Below are positions 1 to 11,500 of a stretch of DNA of 64,000 bases, piece after piece. The translations under genes and the position numbers were made by a program. The DNA comes from Camelus ferus (Eukaryota), in assembly GCF_009834535.1 (NCBI RefSeq), contig NC_045696.1, forward strand, positions 97,032,001-97,096,000, read 5' to 3'. How positions within the stretch are numbered: the first letter of the stretch is position 1; every line of letters starts with the position of its first letter. The notes below the pieces were generated by a model. That model was not told the origin of the DNA. It did not search any database and was given only the letters and a program-made list of their open reading frames with translations.

Positions 1-129
1 TGGAAGACTAGGGAGCTTATTCTTAAAGAAGTAAAGGAGCTGATCAGGAAAGGAGGACATCATGAGAAAATGGACTGGCTCCTTGGGTCCAGCTTCAAGG
101 TCCACCCTATCCAGAGAATTTTACCTGAT

Positions 130-358
130 TTCTTGCTCTCTGGGTGTTTGGATTCACCTTGTGGCTTCCTGTATCAAGATGCCTATCACTCTGTATGTCT
201 GCTTCCTAGAAAGTCATCTGTGCTGGACTGTGAACTACTTGGGCAGGTGGGGAAAAGGGGCGGAAAAGAACTATGTCTTGTATCTCTTTATTCCAGAACA
301 TCTTTAGCACCAGCTATAGAACAGATGTTCTGTAAGTGTTTGTTGATATAAACAAATG
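130..358 (+). mobile_element. L2 LINE 3' end fragment
   Basis: Degenerate L2 tail: ctggactgtgaactacttgggcagg...tgtcttgtatctcttt...taagtgtttgttgatataaacaaatg. Confidence 0.65.
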
Positions 359-1085
359 GTTTTTGCCTTTAAAACTTTAGGCAAATAGCAGAGTGCCTTG
401 GGTCTCAATTTTCTCATTTAGAAACAGGACTTTATAAACTACATAAACGTTGGACTTTAAGTCCCTAAATAGTCTCTGAGTCTGGCATCATTTTTATCAT
501 CAGAATATTCTGCAAGAATTGCTTCTTTTTTTGATTCCATCTCTGTGGTGGCTTTTGAACACATTTTTGGTTTTATACAGTTGTGTACTTCATGCCATGG
601 TATGTTAATATTGTAGGTGGGAATGGAAAATAGCCCTGTAACTCCTAGCAAAGATAGAATCAAAGAGATTTCTTTATGGCGTGAGTAATTGTATAAATGA
701 TTCTTTTTCAAAGAAAAACCTCTATTTCATGAAGGGGTCAGAGAAGTTTATATTTACATAATTTTCAATCTGAAGACATACCAGCTCATGGAAAATTCTA
801 GAAGTTTTCTTCCCTTTGCCTTGGAGCTTCCTTTGGTCAGTTTTTTCAACATATCAAGTTTTAACAACATTTGACTCAAGGACCACAAAGCATTATGTAG
901 TAAATATTCCATTTGTGTTCAGGACATTTGAGGATAATGAAAATGTGAAAAAAATACTACTAAGCTTCTCCCAACAAGTCTTAAATTTCTACTTAGACTC
1001 AATGAATGAACACTGAAAAACGTGTAAGGTTGTGAATCTAAGAGCTTTAACAGTTAATAAAGACTCTGCCATAAAACAAAACTGT

Positions 1086-1567
1086 TGTCCTAGGGCAAAC
1101 TACCCAAGCAACAGAAATAAAAGCAAAAATAAACAAATGGGACCTAATTAAACTTAGAAGCTTTTGCACAGCAAAGGAAACCATAAGCAAAACAAAAAGA
1201 CAACCTATGGAATGGGAGAAAATGTTTGCAGAAGATGACAAGGGCTTAATTTTCAGAATATATAAACAGCTCATACAACTTAATAACAAAAAAAAAAAAA
1301 ACCAAATAACCCAATCCAAAAATGGGCAGAAGATATTAACTAATGGGCAGATATTAACTAATATATATAAAACAGATAAACAAGCTTACACTGTATAGCA
1401 CAGGGAACTATATTCAATATCTGGTAGTAACTTATGTGTGAAAAAGAATACGAAAACGAATATATGTATGTTCCTGTATGACTAAAGTATTGTGCTGTAC
1501 ACCGGAAATTGGCACAATATTGTAAACTGACTATACTTCAATAAAAATATATTTAGAAACAAAAACA
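1086..1567 (+). mobile_element. Young 5'-truncated L1 (ORF2 fragment joined to 3'UTR and A-rich tail), internally deleted
   Basis: ORF2-type peptide MEWEKMFAEDDKGLIFRIYKQLIQLN. 3'UTR ctgtatagcacagggaactatattcaatatc...aaactgactatacttcaataaaa. TSD aaaacaaaactgt at 1073-1085 and 1568-1580. Confidence 0.92.
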
Positions 1568-1699
1568 AAAACAAAACTGTGTCCTAACTGTCTGAGATCT
1601 AGAAGACATCAGAAAGGGTCTAATGTGAGTTTGTCAATGAGATGCAATGAGAATTCATTGTCTCATCCCGTCTCTGTTTTGGTGTTGTCTAGACCTAGA

Positions 1700-1834
1700 A
1701 TCTAGGTCTGTCTGAGGCAGAGAGTGAGTAGTGTGCAGAGAGCGCTGACGGCTGAGACTGCGCTCTCCCTGGGGAAGGGAGCGTTCAGAAGCGGAACGTT
1801 AAGAGGAGACAGTTCTTTCAAAACTGAGGTAAAT
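1700..1834 (+). promoter_or_regulatory. CpG-containing first-exon/promoter-like segment ending in a GAG|GTAAAT donor
   Basis: A local CpG cluster in AT-rich surroundings (agcgctgacggctgagactgcgc...gagcgttcagaagcggaacgtt) is followed by a canonical donor at 1829. Function is inferred. Confidence 0.35.
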
Positions 1835-1992
1835 TTTTTTTTTTTTTCCAGGAGGAGGAGGAGGAGGAGAAGTTCTTTCAAAGGAGGAGAAGAGACTTCT
1901 TTCAAAACTGAGGTAAATTTCTTTTTGTTTTTTGAGGAGTTCTTTCAAAGGAGGAGGAGGAGGAGACAGTTCTTTGAAAACTGAGGTAAAAA
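1801..1992 (+). repeat. Compound tandem repeat of gttctttcaaaactgaggtaaa, (GGA)n and poly-T units
   Basis: Three copies of ttcttt(c/g)aaaactgaggtaaa and two partial gttctttcaaaggaggag copies, separated by T tracts and GGA runs. Confidence 0.9.
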
Positions 1993-2151
1993 TTTTTTCA
2001 AGTTAAAGTAAATCTGGAAGCCTGTGGATAAAAATGGATATTTTTAATGAACTAATTTAGGACAGGAGGAATCTTCAACTTAGAATAGAATATTGAATAA
2101 AGGAAAGAAAAATGAATTTTTTAGATAAGAGAATCTTTGTTGTTTAGCAAA

Positions 2152-2275
2152 TTTTTTTCTTTATTTCTTTCTTCCTTCCTTCCCTTCTTTCCTTCTCCCT
2201 CCCTTCTTTCCTCCTCCTTTCCTGCCTCCCTCCCTCCCACCCTCCCTACCTCTCTCTCTCTTTCTTTCTTGCCTT
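2152..2275. repeat. Polypyrimidine low-complexity tract (CCTT/CCCT/CT)
   Basis: Directly visible. Confidence 0.9.
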
Positions 2276-3030
2276 GCTACTACCTTGTAAAGATAGGCTG
2301 TTAGATTATTTTTAAAAACAGCACTTGAAATGTACAGTGGCCCTGAAATGAGGCTTTTCCGCAGTCTTTACTTTTACTGCAGAAATGTAGACGCGTGTAA
2401 ATCTGTGTGGACAGGATTGCATTTGCTTCTGGCAGGCTAGCTGGAAAAAGGTACCCCCATTAAAATAAGGGGGGACTCGTCTTTTGAGGTATTTTATTTT
2501 TGCTAGATAAAAAATCCACACACACACACAAAACCTTACTAAATACCTAAGGATGACATAAGGAGTGACCTCAGCTCTTCTATTTATTATCCTTGAGAAT
2601 GTCTAATAAATGAAGTTCATGATTCTGAGTTCTAATAAATAATAAAAGCTTATTAACGTTGTGAGGACAAAGATCTGCTTTCTTTAATTTTGTGTGTATA
2701 TTTCCATTTTTGTCTGTTCCTAGGAAAATAATTGTATATTCATATATCAGAGCTATTGGTCTTTTTTTAAGGCTTTGTGACTTGACAGTACCAAGACCAT
2801 CAGGGACACTTGATAAATATTTGTTGACTGACTAATGGTTAGAAGATACCCATTTCAAGGATATAATGAAAATTCCATTTGGGTTATAACAAGTTTATAT
2901 AATTTATTTTAATCACAGTAATAATTTTACCTAAAGTTTTCATTTTCTTTCCTTCATTTAGATTTTTTGACCTCTGAAAAATGACTTAGAATTAAGTCAC
3001 CAAGAAAAGTCATCTCTAAAACCTGTGAAA

Positions 3031-3215
3031 TAATGTGAGGTGTGAGTTTTGCTTCAAAATAATCTGGGAGGGGGCAGGTACTGGGAAGGGTGGAGATGAA
3101 CAGGACTGGCCACGAGTTGACCATTGTTGAAACTGGGTATATGGGGGTGCTTCATACTCTTCTCTCTACTTTTGCACCTATATCTGAAATTTTTCAATAA
3201 ATGACTTTTTTAAAA
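3031..3215 (+). mobile_element. Old L1M (L1MC/L1MD-type) 3' end fragment
   Basis: ttttgcttcaaaataatctgggag...ggactggccacgagttgaccattgttgaaactggg...tctctctacttttg resembles old L1M 3' termini. Confidence 0.7.
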
Positions 3216-4223
3216 AGAGATTTGTAAGGTAGAGATAGGGACCTGTGTAACATAGTTAATATAGTTCCTGTGTCTTGCCCAGGTGTGGTGTTTTGATTTT
3301 GTTTTCTTTTTGTTTGTTTTTTGCTTATGGGTGCCTTACTTCAAAGACAAATGGGGGTAGGCATGCATCTCAGGGATCAGCGTGTGGTAGGACTGTTTAT
3401 CTCCTTAGCCCTACGCCTCCTCTTGAGGAGTTTCTAGGCAGAAATGAAGGCTTCTGGAAGCTTCTCAATACTTCTGTTTGAGCTCCCTACCTTAGTTCCC
3501 TTTACCTTGTTTTCTAAATTGGAGGGAAATGACCTTTCGGCCCAGCAGTGCGTGGGAATGTGGTGCGGTGGGGGAGGTGGTTCACCATCAAGAACGCGAT
3601 CACAGCGGCATTCCTGCCTGAGGAAGGTCGCTGGGATCGGTTTTCCTGTTGCCTCGCGGTGTACTCTGAACCACTAAAACCAGCTACTTCTGACGGAGCC
3701 AGGTTTGTGTTCATTATTTTGGTAATCATGTTGGCAACTTTTTCTTTTTTTTTAGCCTTTGAAAAAAGCAAACACATCAAATTGTTTACATAGCCACTAG
3801 AGGAAAGATAAGTGTCTTAGCAACGGAGCTAGTGTGCCTTGACCAAATTGCACTGTGTCCTGTGGGCGTGGACGGCCGCTGTCCTGACCATCCAATTTGT
3901 GAGTCTTTTCTGATCTTGCACGTTATACTGGTAATATGTTTCAACAAAAGAAAGGAGAACTTCAAAGGCTGTCTTGCTCTGGCCTTGTGAGATTACCTCA
4001 CCCTCCTCCAGTGCCTTCACTTCGCTTATATAATAACTGAGCCAGGCTTAGCTTTCATCTTTTCCTCCTATTAACAAATGCTCAAATTTACATATAACAC
4101 AATGAAGTCCAATATATTTCTAAGAAGTCCACTCTAAGCAGTGTAAAAGGAGACTAATACATCTGTAACACTATAATAATGTAAAAATTGGTTTTCTCAA
4201 CTTGATGATTAAATATTGGTTAA

Positions 4224-4365
4224 CAGAATCAAAGCATTTTTAGAGCTGGAAAGATTGAAAAAAAAAAAAAAGGTCCCTGGAGATTATTCTAGCTAACCTT
4301 CTTACTTTATACAGTGGAGGTTACCGAAGCCCTCCAAAAGTAGTGTCTTGTCCACCATCACAGGT
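4224..4365 (-). mobile_element. MIR/MIR3 SINE fragment interrupted by a poly-A run
   Basis: tttagagctggaaag...ggagattattctagctaacc...tttatacagtggagg...tgtcttgtccaccatcacag. Confidence 0.55.
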
Positions 4366-5734
4366 ACCTTCACAGAAAACTCAGGTTGTTTTTGCTGTCT
4401 CTTAAGAGCAGTTTCACAGAGCTTGACAAGAAGATAAACTGCTCACATCCGCAGTTCAAAAGTTAGTGGTGACCTGTGGGAGCTACTGCAGAGTAGAAAA
4501 ATGAAGTTGCTATCCTCAGCTTTAGTTCATGCAAGACACGTACCAAAGAGTCTTAAGCTTTAAAATTCTCTGGGAGACGATGTCATGCTTCTGTTACAGA
4601 AAAAATAGAGAGAAGTCAGCCACAAAAGGATCCAGTTCAAGAATTCAGTTAACGTGCATTTGGGAAATCAAAATATCCTTCTCATATTCAAAGAAAATAA
4701 TTACTGTTAAAGTCCGTTTTGTAGAAGTCTGCTTTTAATAATACTTTCTTTAGAGAATAGACACTCCAAAAAAAATTGGGAAAATAGATTTAGCCTCAAG
4801 TCAAATATTCTCTATGCACCATACTGATAAGATGGAAAAGGAGGGGGGAAAGCTTTTTTTGAAAAGGACCAGTAAATGGAGAATATATTACCAAGTGAAA
4901 TGCATTCAACATTTTAGTTCTGTTGAAAGAATAAAATATTTATAAGAATCAACTTTCTTCTCCTTATGAACTGTATTTTATTTATAGCTATGTTAAGCTT
5001 CTAAAAGAAAATAGAAAAAAGCAATTTAAAAGTGTATACATTCACATATCCTTTTTTTTTTTTTTTTAATTTTGGCTTATTCCACCCACAGCCACCACAC
5101 ATAGAATCTTTTTTCATTCTAGAGGAGACAGAGACCACTTTACAGGAGTGGCTTTAAACACTTCTCTTGTGGTTTTGGGGAGAGTAGGGAAATAGGAGGG
5201 AAAAAGAAGTCAGGAGGGCAGATGAAAGGGCTCCTTTCTAACAATCTTTTAAAAGTAAGATTCTTAGAAATATTTAACTCTTGTAAAGTTTGCCACCTAT
5301 ATTTAGCAAGTGCCTTAGAAAAAGAGAAAGGGAGGCCTTAATAGTGGGCTATTAAGATGGAAAGAAAAAAGGCAACAAAGATAAATCCAGGGAAAGAAGG
5401 ATGCCTGTGTACAGACACCAGAGAAAGAAGCAGGTCGTAAATATCCGGACCCTTGGAGCCACGAAGCACTTGACTTTCAGTTCATCTGTGGACAGTGTAA
5501 AATAAGTAACATCCTACACTTCTTATTTTAATTTCAGTTTTCTCAAGTTTATGAACTTTGAGAACTGCTTCATCTTACTGCTGATGAAAAATTTTGAACT
5601 GAATAATTTTACTGTGTACAAGCCTGATTATCTATCAAAAAGAATCTCTGGAGAAAAATTGGATAGAGAGTAGGCTTTTTAAACCAAAGACATACTGTGG
5701 ACGTTATTTTAAAGGTCCTGGAGCATCCTGTAAA

Positions 5735-5990
5735 CCAGTGGTTTTCAAAACTATTTTCGTTCATGATCCATTGTAACGTACACTTTACATCACAACACAC
5801 GTATACACACACACAAAAATCTAAATTACTAAAATAAAAGTTTCATGAAAATACTTTTCCTTACTAAATATAATGCATTCTGATATTTTCTATTTCACTC
5901 TAATCATTTTTCCCCCAAAATTCTGGTTTGTAACCCATTAAATTGGCTTTACCACCACCTAAATAATTAAGACTTAGAGCATAAAACACG
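5735..5990. mobile_element. hAT-Charlie-type non-autonomous DNA transposon (MER-type)
   Basis: Terminal cagtggttttcaaa; internal aaaagtttcatgaaa...aatgcattctgatattttctattt typical of this group. Confidence 0.65.
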
Positions 5991-6684
5991 GATATGAACA
6001 AGTCAGGGTGCTGGATGGACTCAAGAATAATATGAAATTCAAGGATATTTTATTTGAAGCAAAAATTTTTGTAGAATTTAAAATTTACTGAGTTTGTGAT
6101 TTATTTGCCATTATGTAGAACTTTAAATTTTTTGGAATCAAGCATCTTTTGCAATCAATATATGGCTCACACCAATAAAAAGTGATATGGCAGTATAGCT
6201 CTTTAAAATATTAATACACTGTGCAATGAAAAGAATGGTTTCTTAGTTCCAGAATGTCCAAGTATGAAGTTGGGGCCTGAATTAATAAAGAAAGTAAACA
6301 GTCTCAGCGGACAACTGCAAGAAAAAATGGACAACGTCCTGGAGGTAGCAAAGAGTTCTGAAAAGTTTCAAAACATTATGACATTGCACTTTTACTATTT
6401 AATTTACTTTTCCAAGGGACAATGAACCCTTCCAAGAATTTCACAATTAGGGGATCTTAAACTTTCTCTATGCCCCTCTTGCTAAGTACAAAGTTCCTCT
6501 CTGTGTTATTTCTTCATTTGTTAAAGATGTATTTATTGAAAATCTACAATGTGTCCAGAAATCCAGAAACAAGCCAAAAGCCATGTCCTCAGCAAGACAA
6601 CAGTTCATCAGAGGAGTTAAAATATTAGTGCAAGTGCTCTGCACAAAGTAGAGAGTCTTCCCCAAACAAACAGTGAGATCCCTC

Positions 6685-6790
6685 TCCTGACTGGGGACTC
6701 AGTGGCAGGCTATTTCTATATTGGACAGCTCTGGTTGCTTGGAAGTTCTTTATATTAAATCGTTTTCTCACTGACATCCATTATCAATCT
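6685..6790. mobile_element. CR1/L3-like fragment
   Basis: ggcaggctatttctatattggacagctctggttgcttggaagttctttatatt resembles an L3/CR1 core segment. Confidence 0.45.
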
Positions 6791-7359
6791 TGTTTCTTTC
6801 CTCACACAGTTTAGTAAGAAACAAATCTGGAAAAAACTCAGCTTCATTGGATTGGCATCAAGAAAGGATACACATTCCTAAGACACTATGAAACTCTGAG
6901 TGGGTCCCATTCACTGGCATCTCGGCTTGAGGGAAGGTACCTCCTGGACTGAATCCTAAAATAGAATCAGAACTGTAGACTATTTTAGTTGACAGGGACC
7001 CTGCAAAGATTAAGCCAGCTTCTATAATTCTTCAAACAGGAAAATGAGTTTGCAACCTAATCCACTGAAATATTTTCTAGGAAACATGATTCTGATTTCA
7101 TTAAGGACATAGTGGGAAAATGAGATTCACTTTTCAGAAGTTAATTGTCATCTTTGCTGCAATAGATTTTTTTCTTCCACTCTGAGGCTGACATTTGATA
7201 TAGTTCAGTCCCTGACATAACCTTAAACCTAAAGTTCTTTGCTTTATGATGAAGAATATATGTAGGTAATATCCCCAACTGAGCTGAAGTTAGGAAGCAC
7301 TAGTACAAACAACTAATAAATTAGAGTGCAGGCTTTTTAAAGCTATGGCTTATTATTGT

Positions 7360-7394
7360 TATAATATAATATAATATAATATAATATAATATAA
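7360..7394. repeat. (ATAAT)n microsatellite
   Basis: Directly visible. Confidence 0.95.
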
Positions 7395-7640
7395 AAGTTT
7401 ACCAAGTACATTTACAAACATGCTTGTTTAAAGCCTCACAATAATCTTTGAGGAAGATATTTTTAATCCCTTATTTCACAAAAGGAAACTAAGGAAGAAT
7501 ACTCTTACACTCTTAGCTAACTAGAACTGGAAATAGGTATAATGATTTTCTAATCTAACTCCTTGATTTTACAAAACCTGAGACATGAAAGGGTTAAACA
7601 GTGTGGTAAAATCAGGACTAGATTTTAGGAATCAGACTCT
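7395..7640 (-). mobile_element. Two adjacent MIR fragments
   Basis: agcctcacaataatctttgagg...ttatttcacaaaaggaaactaagg and ccttgattttacaaaacctgagac...ggtaaaatcaggactaga. Confidence 0.55.
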
Positions 7641-8332
7641 TAGGTGACCTTATTGCCCAAGGTTCTGCACATGTTTGTCAGGATCCTACGGGAGGATTTT
7701 GTAAGTCCCTTTAGATTCCGCTAAACATTTACAAATGGAATCATGCTATATATAATGTTATGCAACTTCTTTTTCTCTCTTGGCTATAACTTGGACATCT
7801 TCCGATGTTTACCTACATTTCGATCTCATTATTTTTGAAGGGTGAAATAATTGGTATTCAGTACATAGAGTCCAGTGTAGCCGTTACCTCTTATTTGTGG
7901 CCCGTACCGTTCTTCACTTACCCATGCCACACTGACTGTTAAAGTATTTTGAAGACTTATTTTTAGCCCTTTCTCTCTATTCCAAAAATAGGGCAATTGA
8001 ATCTTTCAATTCTTGAATGTAGCCAATCATGTTTCTCAAAAAATCTAGAACTCAACAAAGGCTAGAGCTATGTGATAAACATGCAGATCTTCACAAAGCA
8101 AGGTAGACAACCTAGCGTTTTGAGAGAAAGGCTGAGGTCTGCCTATAGATGCCTTGGCCTAATTTGGAAGCTGATATTTGGCAACAAAAGTCAGATTTTG
8201 TTCTTTGATTTTTCAGCAAGAATTCTGATGGTTGGAGCACCTTCCATGGACATTCTAATCATTTTTACTCTTTTGAATTAATTTAAAGAAAACTGTAAGC
8301 CTTAATGATAATCTCTAGTAGTTAACAAAGTC

Positions 8333-8544
8333 CAGCTGACCCTTGAACAAGGTAGGGGTTAGGGCTGTAGTTGAAAATCCAGTATAATTTCACAGTTGGC
8401 CCTCTGTATCCATGGTCTAAATCCCTGGATTCAACCAAGCATGGATCATGTAGTACTGTAGTACTTACTATTGAAATATTCAAATTATTTACTGATATTA
8501 ATGCACCTGTGCAGTCCAAACCCGTATTGTTCAAGGATCCACTA
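8333..8544. mobile_element. MER8-like Tigger2-derived MITE (TcMar-Tigger)
   Basis: TIRs cagctgacccttgaacaa ... ttgttcaaggatccacta followed by TA; internal ggattcaaccaagcatggatcatgtagtactgtagta. Confidence 0.85.
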
Positions 8545-11500
8545 TAGACTTTTTCCCTCCCCACCATCTTCAGTCACGTGAGCAAACAGTTGAACATAAT
8601 ATCCTTTTGATGGAGCCATCAAAATGGCTGACAAGGACAATGATTTGATCCACAGCAAAAAATGATGCTTGTCCTATGATGATAGAATTGGACGAGGAAA
8701 CATTTTGGAATTTCTTCTTCATTTTCTTCCCAAGTATAGTTTTGGCAGAACATAGAATGTAAAGTGGACTTTTTTTTTTTTAAGTTCTAACTTCAAAATA
8801 GAAATCTTTCACCATCCTTGTGAATTCCTTATTCAGTTTCATGTGTTGCCAACACCTGTGCCTTAGAGAATAGTAAACAACTTTATAGCATTTTAAATTA
8901 AATTTGCCTGATTTTGACTCAAGTGTTTATCAAGATGACAGTCACACAGTGCTGCTGTTGAGTGTTGGGATTTTTAACACCTTGGGGAAGCTGAATCACT
9001 TTTCTTGTAGGAAATGAGAAACCATAATTGACATGAGTTTCCTTTTTTCCTTCCTGTTGTAATAAACCACCCTCCAAATAATAATAACAATGTAAAAGTG
9101 AGGAGTACTGAAAGGAAAGTGTCTAGCCAGCCTAGCTGAGTAATGAATGAGGCTGCTGATTGTATGGGCAGTGTAGTTTTTTCCCAAAGGCTCAATTTTC
9201 CTAGATCTCCAAGAAATTGAATTTTTATTTTCCACTGATGCATTTGTTTGCAGTATAATACCTGCCATCATTTACATTGATAATCCCTACTTATTCCTTC
9301 CAACTTTCTCAATTTATGGGCAGAAAGAAATAAAATAGGAGACAGAAATACATTGTGAGGGCCTGAAAAATCTCATTTTTGTACAATAATACTGTAATAT
9401 CAAGGCAAACTTTAAATTAAAATAAAACTTATATTCATCTTAAAATAGAGAACATTCTACTCAGGTTATGACATAGAACAGTAGATATTGCACCACGTGG
9501 GTGATGACATCACAAGTAGCTAACAAGTAAGTCCTACTCTGAATTAGCCGTAGGACCAACTCTGAACACTTTCTCATTCTATCTTCGGCGCATTAGACCA
9601 GTCAATATGATTTGGTTTAGGTTTTCTTATTTTAGGTACTTTAATGAAAACGACAAGTACTGCTTTTGATTCTCCCTCTTGTCCCTGCACCCAACACACA
9701 CACACAGAGTTATAAAATTGTACATGATTTTCAAAAGATAGCATAGCCCTCTCTGGAGGTTCTGTTAGTCTACATTCAGTTTTCTCCTGTACCAAAAAGC
9801 CTTTGCTGACATCTACATATTTGCTCTTAGATATTCCTTTCTTTGATCTAAGGAATGGAATCCTGTTTAACTGAAAGTAAACAACCTTTAAGAGAAGTAA
9901 TGCATGAAGATGGGGCCATTCATTAATACCATAACATAAATTGTTGAATTCAGATAATTAACATTTATTGCAGGGTCTGGGTCAGGCTTGGTGATAGTAA
10001 GGTCATGCCCTTGAGGACCATTTGACCTTTGTCATCATTTCATTGGGCAATGTTGGACAATTTGGTTCAATTTTGGGCTCAAGATTGTCGTCTGTGAATT
10101 GAAGGGACTGGATTAGATTGGTAGTTTTCTAAGTCTGGGGACTTTCAGGTTCCCCCTCTGGGAAAGGAAAGGGCTCTAACCAGAGCAGCTCTTGATTATC
10201 TTATTTATATATTGAGTTTTTCTTTTATATATTGCTTTTCTTTTTTATACATTGATAATATATATTATATCTTGCCTTTTTCTTTCAACATTTCTTTTGA
10301 AGAAAGTTTTACAGCTAAAATATTAAAAATTAATTCTGAAAAGAATTCTACTAGATAACTTTTAATATTTTAAAAACTGTAACCTAAAATGACTTTCAAC
10401 ATTCTGTAATTTGACACTATTTTCTCTATTTCCAGTAGGTAGGCCTCCTGAGAGGACATTTTTACAGAGAAGAGAGAAAGGAGGTGGGGGGGTTTCTGGA
10501 CATTGGCCGGACTAGGGTGCAAGGTGTTTGGTGTATGCCTGCTTGGGCCGGTGTGGGTGTGCAGAAGCCAGCAGTAAAGTCCAATTTTACCAGTTACTCA
10601 GTTTTGCCAAAGACAAGACCTGGAGCTCACCAGAGCATGGACCGCCTACTCTGTGGTTGATCCTTCTGAATAAGAGAAAAATTCCCTCTGAGAGACTTAG
10701 GTATTTCCACAAATAGCTGTTTTTCAGCGATGTCACCTCTAAGAAGTGCATTTTCTGCCTCCAAGAAAGAAGTTTGGGGCTCAATTAATTCCATTGGCCA
10801 CATCTCAGCAAGCAAAATGTAGTTTAAAAAATAAAGATAAGAAAAAGGAATCTTCTATAAAATAATCTTATCTGATATGAAGAAACTCTAAATACAAAAC
10901 ATATTATGCCTATAGCTATCTTCTCCCACCCCCAACTTGGAGTCTTCTCTGAAGTTGTTCCAAAACAATAAAACAAGGTCAAAAGAAATTTTAGAACTCT
11001 CTTTCAAAAGTCCTTTAAAATATCAGGAAGTGCAAAAATTACTAAATAACTGACTTGAACTGACTGAAACAGAGAAGGGCTGTTGATATTATTCTTTGGT
11101 GTTCAGATAAAATCTCTTGGATTGAGACTAAGAATGGAAAAGAGTGGAGGCTCTCCAGGATGAGCTGTCCCAGGAATCCTTTTCACTGAGGACCATAGGG
11201 CTTGAGATTGACAGAAGGTGCCTTCACTTTCCCCCTGATAACTCTGGACACATGATCAGAATAAAGTCAAAGGGCAAGTGGCCTCAGAGTAGCTGTTATG
11301 AAGGTGGAGAATATAGTGGGTTGATACTGAGGTCTGGGAGTCCTAGCATCCTGGTGCTAGTCCTGACTATGATAGCGTATGTGGTTGAAGATCTGATACA
11401 TGATGTTCACCTTATAGAGAACAGAAAGAGGTCATCAAAGTAGGAAGAGTTTCCCAGAGATTAGAGGGAAGTAGGCAAGCAAAGTTATAGGAAACGGTGA

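Noticed and set aside
457..711. Minus-strand 84-aa ORF with a protein-like tail
   Set aside because: No recognisable homology, a non-ATG start and no partner exons that I could support.
1829..1851. GT...poly-T...CAG looking like a micro-intron
   Set aside because: At about 23 nt it is far below the spliceosomal minimum.
1724..1984. ORF with repeated SSFKTEVNFF and poly-Arg
   Set aside because: It is a translation of the compound repeat with a non-ATG start and runs through the donor and poly-T sequence; there is no coding evidence.
1801..1992. Direct repeats with spacers superficially resembling a CRISPR array
   Set aside because: The spacers are homopolymer or GGA runs and partial copies of the repeat; the context is mammalian with no cas genes.
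10587..10815. Overlapping short ORFs and an AG/GT-bounded segment
   Set aside because: No recognisable domain, and most frames are interrupted by stops.
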